Assembly (NCBI GenBank): GCA_013239625.1
Contig: MU054117.1
Span: 3,276,677 to 3,340,676 of the forward strand
Reading direction: 5' to 3'
Length of the DNA stretch: 64,000 bases
Source of the DNA: Lama guanicoe
Lineage: Eukaryota
Every line of letters begins with the position of its first letter. Within the stretch, counting starts at the first letter, position 1. Below the pieces are notes generated by a model. It searched no databases. It was not told where the DNA came from and was given only the letters and a program-made list of their open reading frames with translations. Shown piece by piece: positions 25,675 through 38,380 of the stretch. The position numbers were made by a program, and so were the translations under genes.

Positions 25675-28600
25675 CTCTGTGTTAGAATGGGGGCTGCGTC
25701 CGAGTTGTAGAAATAAGCACTACGTTAGTTTAACTTTTGGGCTGGGACTTCCTAAAGCACCTGGGACCGTGATACAGTCCATATATTTTTACATTCCGTG
25801 TATTTTTGAAGACTGCCCTCGTATTCTGTCGGCTGCGAATGAGGAAAGAGCTCTCTCCATTGGCTGACCACATGCAGCAAATGCTCACCTGTGTAAGGAA
25901 CTGAATTAAAAGGTTTCAATCCAGGATGAGTTAGCATCGCCAAGATACCTAAAGAGTGAGAATACACATACCCAAATCCACAACTTGAGAGTTTTTATGC
26001 AGAACGTAAAATACATGATGTGCTACAAGACAGGACTCCTATTTTGTCATTGATAATAATCATAATCACAATCAAGCCACGGAAACTTGAGAAATTTAGA
26101 GCTGAGAGTTCCGTACTGATCATGTGCTCCAGCTAACTCACTTTGTAGATGAGGAATAAACATCTGGAGTGGAAGCATGTAAGCTACCCCCAGGGCACAG
26201 GGCTGGCTGGTGGCACAGCAGGAACCAGAAGGCGAGCGCTCTGCCTTGCAGCCCAGTGTCATTTCCCCAACATGGTGCCCATGACGAAGACTACGTTTTC
26301 TGCATCCACTTTAGGAGACACCCGAGCTAATAAGCAGAGGTCTGTATTCTGCTCTGTCAACATCTGAGTGACTCAGGACACGTAAATGACCCACTCTGAC
26401 CTCAACTTCTCTAAGCAAAGCGGGGAAATGCTAATCAATACTCTGTCAGATTCAGGGAAGGTTCATTCAGACGAGAAACAGATGCTGTGGGAAATCCTGC
26501 TGCTCAAAGTAAGGAATGCTCGCAGACTGGTGGACCAGGAAAGGGGCTCCGGCTTTGGCTACTTGAAACGGACTAACCAAACCCCAGGCACGTAACCCAG
26601 ACATCCAACTAACTAGTTCCAATAGATTATAAATAAATTAAGAACATAATTCAAGAATAATTTAAGAACATAATAAAAAACCCTGTGCAATCCAAGTAAT
26701 AATGACTTGCCTAGATTGAGTTTTAAAGAAAAGACACACTTCCATGCCCCTGGTTTAAGGTAGGTGGTGTAAGATGGTAAAACATGGCATCTCGTTCCAT
26801 GTCTTTTGCTCTGTTTTATTATTTTCTTAAAGCATTCACGTGTGGGTTGTTACTTCTTCCCCAGGCTTGATCATTAGACAGTATGCTTGTCAGGGACAGG
26901 GACAGGGATGGTATTGTTCAACTCTTTTTCTTCCTGCCTGCCTTACAAAACACTCATTGAGTGTCCACCTGCATGCCCACTTCATCTCCGACACCTAGCA
27001 CACTGTTTGCCACCTGGTAAGGACTCAGTTTTTATCAAATAAATGAAAGAATAAATCGCCCAAGCCTAAGGCATTCTCCAAAGCACAGAAACCTCTGCAT
27101 ATTTGACCTCTCCATTAAAACCATTTAAATTCTACCGTACACATCTGAAGCATGCCACGGACATCCTCTGATGTATCTCTGCACAGACCTGCGATGTTAT
27201 CAGTTTAACATATACGTGATCGCTCAGCATGAATAACCTGGATGAATACTATATAGAATTTCAACTGCAGACTCCCAGATACAGAAGGCAGATTCTATGA
27301 CGGGCCAGAATGCCACGAGGTTCCACAGTCTGCTCCCCTGTTTCTGAGCAAGACTGCATTTCATCTATGGCGGGGAGTGAGGGCTTCCTAAAATCTGAAA
27401 CAATTCCACTGAATGAAATATACAGGCAGCCCAGGTAGAGTCTTAAGTGTCTAAATGCAAGGTCAGACCTTGATTTCTTGAGGTAAAGGATGGTTTTCAT
27501 CCCAAATGTAGCAAATTTCACTGGAGTTCGATTACCGACTCGCTTAAATCATTTGCTAGATGACATAAAATTGCTGGCAATTACACTCCAAAGAGTAATT
27601 ATATGAACTTTCCTTGTAAAAAGGCAAGTAAATTTGAGCTTAAGTCTATATTCTGTTAAGGAAATTTTAAATTACGTATACCATTTTATTTAGAAAAGAG
27701 AAACATTAGGAGGAAAATATATATTTAGAAGTAAGGGGGGAAAAAAACTTGTTATTCACCAGTTTTTTGGGATTATATGGCAGGAAGCGCAGACACTGTT
27801 ACTCAGAACAACTAAACTTCTTGAGCCTAGTGATTTCAAGAAGACCCCCGCCCCCCAAAACGGCCTGCACAAGGCTAACGCATGCCTAGACTCCCCTCTC
27901 TCAGAATCTTTCTTTAAAATAATATTTCACGAGCCTGGAGTAATTGGTGGCTGTAAGATGCCACATGCAAGACATTTCATCTGAAACCTTATGTAAACTC
28001 ACACCATTTGCCTCAGAACATCTTCCTGGACACCAGGAAAGACTTTTGGCCCTGGGTTTGCGTCTGCCTGTGGGACCGACCGCCTGGCTACCCTCCAAAA
28101 TGGAAACATATGTAGGCACGATGAAGGAAAGGATTTGGAAGTTAGGCAAAGGAATTTTCCCATTCTTTTGAAATCCTGTGTGTGTTTTTTTTCTTCCCTT
28201 AAGTAAGAAGTATACTGAACTTTGGTGACTTTTTATTTTTAAAAGCACAAAATTGAGTGCTTTTGGTATTATTCTCCAGGACAAAAAACTAACTTTAGAA
28301 TCCCTAATGTTCTTACAATTTGATAACAGTTTAAAAAATAAAAATAAAGTGAAGGCTGACACACACTCATTGAAAGAGACGGAGACAGAGGAATTATTAT
28401 TCTTTATCATCATCATCATCATCATTATCAAAGAGGGTTTGAAGAAACTCACCTCTCTGCATAACAAAGAAAAAAATTATTCGGTTTATAGCTGATGAGA
28501 CACAATGAAAGTGTGAGCTGAGATGGACAGCAGCACAAATAAATTGGGGTTTTCTGCTCTAATTTCACCTTCCAGATAAACCGCTCTGCTCTGGGTTTGT

Positions 28601-30379
28601 GCTTTTCTGAGTTGTTTATGCATTGTGCATAGGCGCAGACTTTGTTTCAAGTTCATGTAAGAGCAGATGCCTTTTTTAAAGGCTGAGCAAAGAGGAAATA
28701 CATTCCTCCTAGAAGTCTAAATCCAACCTAGCTTGGATTGTCTAGTATACTTACACAAACTGCTTACTTTCAGGTCAACCCTGAAATAGAATGAAGCTCT
28801 CTCTAGAGGTGCACATTTTGAAGGTTACAAAACTTTAAAAAAAAAATCTATTTCACATTTCAAATTTAAAATGCCAACCAAAGACCACCAAGAAAATAAC
28901 TGTAGAAAATTTTTCAATCTGCTGCCTGAAATTTGCCCCCAGGAGAACAAAAATCAAAAACCTCAACAAGAAAACTATTCCACCAGTTTTTATTAATTAG
29001 TTTTTAAAAGTGTGGAGAATATGAATTCAGCATGTTGCAGACGTATGCCATACACTGTGCTAACAAATGCTCGTAATCCTTGTGTTTAAAGACTGAAAAA
29101 TAAAATATGAAATAAGGACTATTTGTTAGAAATATTTTATATTGCTTCAATTTGGTTGTAAGTAATACACAACTGAATAAAGCCACAACATCGAAAGAAT
29201 ATTCAAACACAGTAGAAAAGTGGACATTTTAAAAGCAAATGAATGCTTGAATTCTGGCAAAATTGAAGTGTTTAGAAAACAAATAAAAATAACCATTGCT
29301 CAAAAAAAATTTCTGGTAGGGGTTGTCTTGACATTTTACTAAGAATTTAAATCTACAAAGTGCTTAACATCACCTCCCACAACTTAAATGTCTAAAATGA
29401 AGCAGTTGCAAAATTTAAAAGGCATTTGTCTTTTTTGGTTTTTTAAACACTTCTTTGGCTCCTTCCTTTTCTTTTTTTCCCAATAATTTATTCTATTTTG
29501 TACCTTTGTACACACAAACCAAGTGTTCATCAAATCAGGCACCCCAAAGCAAGCACTCTCAAATACAGTTCACTCAGACTGAACTTCAACAGCAAGTATT
29601 GACATTTTCATTAATTATAACTCTTTTTCCCCCCCAGAAGAAACAAAACAAAGTCTCTTGGGTCAGATTAGCAACCATTAAACGAAAAAGAAGTAAATAA
29701 TAAGTTAATAATAGAGGGAATGTGTTAAACAAAGGAAGTATGCTTATAACCAAAGTCTGCCATCTTCAAAAAGAAGTAGGTCCTCGCTCCATAACTGATT
29801 CAAACAGAAAGCTTCTCCTTTACATTTGAAACAAGTAATTCCACATCAAAACCACTTTTTCAAAGCAGCCCTTAGCTCTTTCTGCATCTGATTCCTGCCA
29901 CAATCTCTATACCTCAATGAGGTAAAACCCAGTTCACATTGACTTTTCTCCCAAACATTCCCACAAAGCTCCTTGTTGTACATTTCAGCATAAAGTCAAA
30001 ATTGTCACCGTGGGATTTGGAAATGGCAGATTTCAGGTATCACTCTACTGACTGAAAGATTAAAAAGACTTTGCCCAAATGTGGGGGAAACGAAGGTGCG
30101 TGGACTCGCTCTGCAGCTGCAGGGTTTACCTCTTGGAGTCTAGAAGGACACCACAGGGGTGTCCAGTGAGTGGGAGGGGAGTTGCCCTAAACGCCTGCCT
30201 ATCTATTTGTGGGGCTCTTTTGACAAGCGTGTTTCCAGACGGATTTGCTCCTAATACAGTAGAATTGGTCCACAATCGCCCCTATCCATCCTCGGGAGAT
30301 AGACGTCACATGTAAATTTCACAGCATCCGCCAAACCAGCTGGTATTGAAACAGTGGATGGGGGGGGGCAGGAAGGAGT

Positions 30380-31750
30380 AAGTCGCGCGTGAAAAACTCG
30401 CTGTCAAAGTGAGTGCAGAACTCACAACCGAGGAACCGAAAACACACCCACGTCTCCCTCACCGCAGAAACGGTGGAGAGCTAGGTGGCCGCGCGTCGCG
30501 ACCAACAGTCGCGACATTCAGTTTGCTGTCGCCAAAGAGCGCAATCGGACCACGACCCAAACAAATCAGCTTTTTCCGGAACCAAGAGCGGCTCGCGATT
30601 TCAAAGGGAGTAAATCAAGTCCTCCGGGTGGAAGATTCGGGGGCGGGGAGGGGAGGGTCTGGGAGGGGCTCGCCGCTTGGCCCCTGGCGGGCGCCCTCAG
30701 AGGGTCCCAGCGCGCCGGGCGGCCGCGGGCATCCCCCACGTGTGGGTGACGTCAAAATTCCGCGAAAAAGCCGCGTGGTGGCTCCCCCAGCGGAGGCGCG
30801 ATTCCGCCGCCCAGCAGGCCCCTCCCGGGCGCCGGCTGGGGGAGGGCGACGGAGTGAGCCGGCCGGTTCCCTTTCCTCCCGGAGGCCGGCCCCACCGACA
30901 CCGTGGGCCAGACGCCCCCCGCCCCAAATCTTACTGGAAAATTCACATTTATAAAGCGAATGCATTTCCAGGGCTATTTTGGGCTGAGTGAGGCGTGTCC
31001 TGCAGCTGAATCAGACAGGAAGAGGGGAAAAGTTCGGGTCTTTTTCCTTTTTATTTTTTTTCCTAGGGAGGGGAGTAAGATGCGAGCTGGGCGAACAGAC
31101 GGCAGGCGTTACAGACTGACGCCTGTCGCATCTGCTGCCCCAGGCACGCAGCCCCGGCCCAAGCTCGGACACCGAGAGGGCGGCTGGAGTGCGCAGGCCG
31201 GCCCGGCTCTGCCCTCTCTGGATCCGGGCGCCCCGGGACCGCCGCTGGCGTGGGGCGGCCGTGCGGGGACCGGAAGCGTCCTCACACCTGGAGCTGCACT
31301 GCCCGACCCGGGGAGCCTCCCGGCGGCTGGTCCCCACCCACCCTCGGTCCTGAGCGCTCCAGTTCCGAACTGTCCCTCTTCTTTTCGCACATTTTTCTAA
31401 TTTGTTCCCACTCCCTGCTCATTCCCTCCCAGTTCCTCCTTTTGCACCTCCACCGGCTCCTTTCTGACACTCCAGGCGCCCGGAGCAGAGACTGGGACCC
31501 TTGGCCATCTACTTTCAAGTGACCGTCGGGTTTTCTTACTGATTGCCCATTCATCCCCAAATGGAGAAACAGTCACAGCCCTACCCCCGGGCAGGGTGGG
31601 GCGGGAATTGGGGGTGGGGGAGGCCTGAGCCTGAACTCACTCCCCTCCCCCACCCGGCCAGGGCGCCCCTAGGGGTCCGGAGCCCACGGCGGGATCACCT
31701 GGCTGGGCGGCATCCGCCAGGTGAGCTGGGGCGTATGTGTGCTTAGCGTT
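30380..31750. promoter_or_regulatory. Distal upstream CpG island
   Basis: Abrupt switch from AT-rich DNA to CpG-dense DNA at ~30.38 kb. Contains GC boxes, CACGTG, TGACGTCA and CGCGAAAA. Confidence 0.8.
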
Positions 31751-33344
31751 GCAGGTTCCTGCATAAATGTGCCTATAAACACTCTACACCTACAGGGTTT
31801 TGTACATTTTCCAACCGAAACCCACAACACGAGGGGTGGCGAGCTGGCCAGAGCGGGAATAAAAGTCCAATAAAACTGACGTTCGCTAAAGGTTATCACC
31901 GATCTACAAAGGGTAGGAATTTTTTTTCCCCTCGAGGGGTGAAAAAGGAATAAGGAAGAGCCAACATTTTTTTCTCCCTCCAGTGACCAGTCTTAACTTC
32001 AAAGCCGGAGCACAAAAGCTTGGGTTTTTTTTTTTTCTCTAAACCTAAATCGACAGTCAAAGAAAATGCACAGGTTTGCCCAGAAGGCAACGTGCCTTTT
32101 CCCGCGTGCGAGGGGGAGTGCTTTTTAACAAGCAAAATTAAGGTTTTAACACATGGTCGGAATGGCGACCAAAAGGGAAAACTCAGTTTCCAGTCCAAGC
32201 CTCCGGGAGCCATTCCTGCCAACCTCCGCACCCTCGCACGCCCCACCCCGAGCGCTGGAGCCTGAACCACTCGGGGATGGATTCGCTGCGAAGTTGCTGT
32301 TCGGCAACAGTCCATAATCGGAAGGGGAAGTGAATGGGGAACTTAAAGGGGTGAGCCTGCCACGCGGGGAGTGCCCACACGCTCAGGTCCTGGTGGACGG
32401 AGGTGCTGTCGGGGAGAAGGTGAGCCCCTCGCGCCCCTCCCCTTCGCAGCCACCTCTCCCCCACCCCCCGCCGGAATTTCTCTCTAAAGCCAGCCTGGGT
32501 TGGGGTAGAGGGAGGCAGGGGGCCCGCTCGCTCCCGAGACTTGAGGCCTCGCCACCCAGGCTTTCTCCCCAGGGTGGACAAGGCACCGAGGACGACCACC
32601 CGCCTCTTCCCCGCCCCCGTTGCCCCTCTTCGAGGGACCCAACACTCGGGATGCTTTCCCTGCAAGGAGGTGGAGAGAAAAGCGCTGCTCGGTTAGTTAT
32701 CCAGGGATGTGAAGAGGCTGGGAGCCCAGGCAGGCTTCTGTCCTTGCCTGTTGGGGTAGATTTATACTTTAAAAATACCTCTCTCTCCCCCTGCACCCAC
32801 CCCTGCACCCCCATCCCAGCAGCTTACTTTGATCCGCTCAAAGGTGGCTGGGGTGAAGTTTGACTAATTCCTTTATGGGGTCTTAACATGTAAGTGAATG
32901 TATTTATCCGGAGTGATTCAAGGCCTGAGTCGGGAAGTCCACGCTGACTGAAATCAATAGGTGATTGTTACGGACCCGCTCTATTCCGAGGAACACGGTA
33001 CTCGGCCCGAGTGTCATGCGCCGCACCGGGCTGTTTCATTTTGAGTTTGCAACTTGGGTTTTTCAGGGAGCTTTTTTCTCTCCCGAAAGCTAATGGCTTC
33101 CACAGCAATTAGACATTCTCCTCGCCCGCCCCTTCCCTCCCCTTTCTTTACATACAGTAGATTGGATACTAATTCCCGCGGCTATTGATAAGGTCGGAGG
33201 CGCCCCGGCCCTCGCCCGCCCCAGTCCCCGCTCTCCCTCCGCCCTCCCCTTCTTGGCTTCCTTTTGATGTAGCGGACTCTAAAAAAAAAAAAAAAGTAAT
33301 CTGCCCGGTAACAATCAGCGCGCAGTAGCAGGAGACCCAGAGCT

Positions 33345-33359
33345 ATTGGCTATGCAAAT
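33345..33359. promoter_or_regulatory. Inverted CCAAT box (ATTGG) directly followed by a perfect octamer ATGCAAAT
   Basis: gctATTGGctATGCAAATag seen directly in the upstream promoter region. Confidence 0.6.
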
Positions 33360-33687
33360 AGAGGGAGGGGAGACGGCGCCCCAAAGTCTTAACTCACTCT
33401 TTTAAAGCGATATCCCCCTTCCACCCACCCACCTCTTCCGCCCCACCCTCGTGGAAAGGGGCTGGCCCCGGGGCCCGAGTTAATCGCTTGCACCTCTGGT
33501 TTATGCACTCCCCGCCCTCTGTATTCCACCTCCCCCTCCTTTCAGGGAACCAAGCGCTCTGCTCACCCAGCCCACCCCCTCCCCCGCTCGCCCTCCGCGC
33601 CCCGGTTCGGGCCTCCCTTCCCAGCGAAAGAGGTCCTGGGTCTGCCTCGGTGTGTCCCAAGAGCCCCGACCCACGCCGTGCTCGCCG

Positions 33688-33855
33688 CACGTGCCAGCTC
33701 GGCCAGCAAGCTGGGGGCTCGGCTCGCTTCCCTTCCTCCCAAAGTGAAATAGCACTGACGGGCGGGGTGGGGGGTGGCGGGAGGAAGGAGGTGAGGAAAC
33801 GCCGCCAGATCCCCTCTAAAAGCGGCTTTGACCCGAGGATGCATTTGAGCACGTG
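33688..33855. promoter_or_regulatory. Pair of canonical E-boxes (CACGTG at 33688-33693 and 33850-33855), probable MYC/MAX sites
   Basis: Motifs seen directly. CCND2 is an established direct MYC target through paired distal promoter E-boxes. Confidence 0.75.
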
Positions 33856-34088
33856 TCAGCGCCGACCGCGCTGGCCGCGTCTCTACCGCAGTCCCGCTCG
33901 CGGGGAGAAAGCCCTGACTGCTAGCGAGGCGTGAAGCCGGAGGGTCGGCGAGGAGGCAGGCGAGGTACCTAGAGTGGAAGTCTTGGGCCTCGGAGAAAAG
34001 GAAGAGGTGGTGTCGTTTGCGCTGGGGGAAAGAGGGGGAGCCAAACCTTCCCCTCTTTTGCCCCCCTCCCCTCCCCCTCCCGGGCTAT

Positions 34089-34097
34089 TTCCTAGAA
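34089..34097. promoter_or_regulatory. STAT5-type GAS element TTCCTAGAA
   Basis: Perfect TTCnnnGAA next to a GC-rich Sp1-like tract, about 1.2 kb upstream of the ATG after removing the 150-bp gap artefact. Cytokine/STAT5 induction of CCND2 is established. Confidence 0.75.
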
Positions 34098-34886
34098 AGC
34101 TGTATCAGTGTGGCCACGCTCGGCGCAGACACCTCGGGCGGCTTGTCAGCAGATGCAGGGCGAGGAAGCGGGTTTTTCCTGCGTGGCCGCTGGCCGCGGC
34201 GGCACCGCTGGTGGCCCTGCCCCCGGCCTGCGGCGGCGGCTCGGGGCGCCTCCTCGCGTCTCCTAATGGCGCCTGCGGCGCCCCCAAGAACGGGATGCTT
34301 TCTACTCCGGGGTCACATTCTGTCACGTCGGAGAGGCACCCCCCTCCTCCAGACACGCACCCCTCCCTCTTCACCCTCTCCCCACACATCTGCGGGGAGG
34401 GGGTTACTGGGGGGGGCGAGTTCTGGTCCCTTTATTCGGGCTTTGGAAACAGCTTCAGATGATCAGGGACATACATTTCAGAGGTATAACCTTTATCTCT
34501 AGGTACGCGAAGCTGCTGTTGTCTAAAACTGCCCTCCTTTCTCACGTCAGGGACCTATTTCTCAATTGTCTGAGCCCACCTAGTCTTCCAGTAATCTACC
34601 CGTCATTCCTGGATCTCAGATACACGGGCAGATGTGTGAGGATCAGTTTTGAATAAGCCAGAGTCGCAGGGTCGTATTTTGGTACGATGCAAGTGTGCAC
34701 AGTCTGAGGGAATAACTGGGAATCAGTGGGGTTTTTGTGGGTTCCCCTCTCCGGGGCCCCTGGCTTGCGGGGCTGGGGAGAGAGAGAGGTCTTCGGAGAG
34801 CTGAGGGAGGGTGGGGGGGACGGGGGACCGCGTTTGAAGTTTGGTCGGGCCAGCTGCTGTTCTCCTTAATAACACGAGGGGAAAGG

Positions 34887-34942
34887 NNNNNNNNNNNNNN
34901 NNNNNNNNNNNNNNNNNNNNNNNNNNNNNNNNNNNNNNNNNN
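34887..34942. other. Assembly gap (56 N)
   Basis: Run of N flanked by near-identical 94-bp copies (34793-34886 and 34943-35036). Confidence 0.99.
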
Positions 34943-35155
34943 TCGGAGAGCTGAGGGAGGGTGGGGGGGACGGGGGACCGCGTTTGAAGTTTGGTCGGGC
35001 CAGCTGCTGTTCTCCTTAATAAAAGGAGGGGAAAGGAGGGAGGGAGGGAGAGAGAGATTGAAAGGAGGAGGGGAGGGACGGGAGGGGAGGGAAGGGGAGG
35101 AGGAACTGGAGAGGGGAGTGAGGCGAGAGGGAGGAGAAGTAACTGCCCAGCCAGT

Positions 35156-35163
35156 TTGCGTCA
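35156..35163. promoter_or_regulatory. Proximal CRE-like element TTGCGTCA near the presumed transcription start region
   Basis: CGTCA half-site core ~290 bp upstream of the ATG. cAMP/CREB responsiveness of CCND2 is established. Confidence 0.6.
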
Positions 35164-35314
35164 CTGCCTCGCAGAGCAGAGAGCAGAGCGAGCTGGGGAG
35201 AGCAGACAAGTTTGAAGGGGAGGGCAGGCAGAGTTAGCGGCCCCCGAGGCGCTCCTCTCCCACCGCCCATCCCTTTCCTGTCTTCTTCCCCTCTGCTTCT
35301 CTCTCTGCCCTTAA

Positions 35315-36004
<690 letters not shown>

Positions 36005-37330
36005 TGAGCCCAGTCCCCAAAGTTAAAAAATGAGCTCCCCCCCAAGACCAGGGCAAACTCTTCCGAGCCTTAGGTCCCCGCATGTGGTCGCGACTACCAA
36101 AAGGACCACTTCTTTCCCCTTGCTCAGAACCCTTGCCGAGCGAGCCGTGTGCCCACGTCTGCACGGCTCCGGACCTGCCGGGCTTTCGCCATGTTGCTTT
36201 GTAAAGTCGGGGTGGAGAGGCTGGAACCCGGCGCCCGCTCCCCCCTCGCACCCCACTATTCCAGCCACCCTACTTCCGATAGTGCCCTCCCCCCAGACCC
36301 CCACCTCGCCAAGGTTACTTACGGTTCGGCCTCCAGTTTCCTGGGTGCGGAGATTTGGGTGGGGTAGGAGGGGGGAGGAGGTGTGTGCAGGGGGGATAGC
36401 GGGCCCCCCCGAAGGAGAGGCCGGAGCCCCCCGCGCTCTTCTCCCGCGGCTCCCCGTCCTCGTCTGTCCCCCAGTCGTCACCACCGTCCCCGGCCTCTGC
36501 CCTTGCGGGCCGCAGCCGGACACTCCCGCCGCGGCGCTCACCCCTGCAAGTTTCCCCTCGGGATCCGAAGCCCCAGGGGTCGCGGTACAGACCTTCCCGG
36601 CACCCGAAACCTCTGTTTCGGGAAGCCGGAGGCCTCTGGGGGGTTTTCATGCCAAAAGGGCTGGTGTGGGATGTTTCCTCGATTTTTAATTATTTTTTGA
36701 ACCCGTCTCCCCTGCTCCGACTCCGGCCGCCCAGGCTGCGCGGCGCTCGCCCGCTCCGCCCTCCCCCTCGCTTCCCCACCTCTCCCCACCCACCCCCCCA
36801 AATGCGGCGCCTAGGCCGCGGGGACCCTCCCCGACAATTTTTTCAATTGTCGGGAATGATAGAGAGGGGAGGATGCTTCCCGACAATTTTTTCAATTGTC
36901 GGGAATGATAGAGAGGGGTCTGGGGGTCCGGATGGGACCAAAAACGAGACCCCCGGAGCCTCCAGAATATTTTTATTGATTTTTTGAAAAGATGACGAAA
37001 TCCAAAAAAGAGTGAGTGAGCGAGTGCGGAGTAGCGCGCGGCCCACGGGGGCGGCGGGCCCGGCGCTGCTGCGCGGCGCGGCCTCGGCCGCCCGGCCTCT
37101 AAGCCACCTCCCTTAGGAGGGTTCAGGCTCCCGGGGAGGACCCCAGCACGGGCGAGCCATTTAGATTTACCCCAATTTCCTCGCCTTCTGTCTTACCACT
37201 TACGCTACTCCCCTCCCCCCGCAAAAATTCAATTTCTGTCCTGTTCCAGAGACTGCGTTTTCCTCTTTAATTCTGTCTTCCTGATACGACGTTCTCCCTC
37301 GACCCCGACCTTTTCCCACCCGTGTCGTAG

Positions 37331-37864
<534 letters not shown>

Positions 37865-38348
37865 TGAAACACAGTGGTAATATTTTAATTAAATCCCAAA
37901 TTTCCAATCACTGAATTCTGAGACAGTCATGGACTCCTTACATGATAGGAGCATGTTGTGTGGTGTGCCTTCTAAGAACCCCGGAGTTCAAAGGTAGGTC
38001 TTAGGGATCTCTTAGATTCTCAAGACAACCTGCACGTAGTAGCTGTTCACTAAATATCTGCTCATTGACTTTTGAGCGCAGTCAAATCTGGCCCCTTGTC
38101 GGAGGATTCTGAGGCCTGGGTTCCTAGCTCCAGTGGTCTGTGACCTCTGTACAGACACAGGGGACCTGTCTGGACTCTGGTTTTCTGCCAGCAAACCTTT
38201 GTCCCATCCATTCGGACTCTTGTCCCCTGCAGCTTTGTGCTTACAACGTCCCAGTCGCAGCCCTGTGACATTGGTAGAGCGGCTCCGGGGCCCATGTTCA
38301 GGGATCTGCACACCTATCTCTTCAACTGTTTGGGAAAGGGGCCCCTCT

Positions 38349-38349
<1 letters not shown>

Positions 38350-38379
<30 letters not shown>
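38350..38379. repeat. Poly-C homopolymer (30 nt) in intron 2
   Basis: Seen directly; the length may be unreliable. Confidence 0.95.

Positions 38380-38380
<1 letters not shown>

Noticed and set aside
27901..28495. 188-aa and 80-aa ORFs with poly-M or poly-I runs
   Set aside because: The runs come from an (ATC)n microsatellite at ~28407-28423; no protein-like features.
31661..31675. GGGCGCCCCTAGGGG as a CTCF site
   Set aside because: One G short in the core spacing relative to consensus.
36830..36918. Palindromic direct repeats as a CRISPR-like array or pre-miRNA
   Set aside because: Only two units with a 9-bp spacer in a mammalian intron, and the 10-12 bp stems are too short for a canonical pre-miRNA. 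Kept only as a structural observation.
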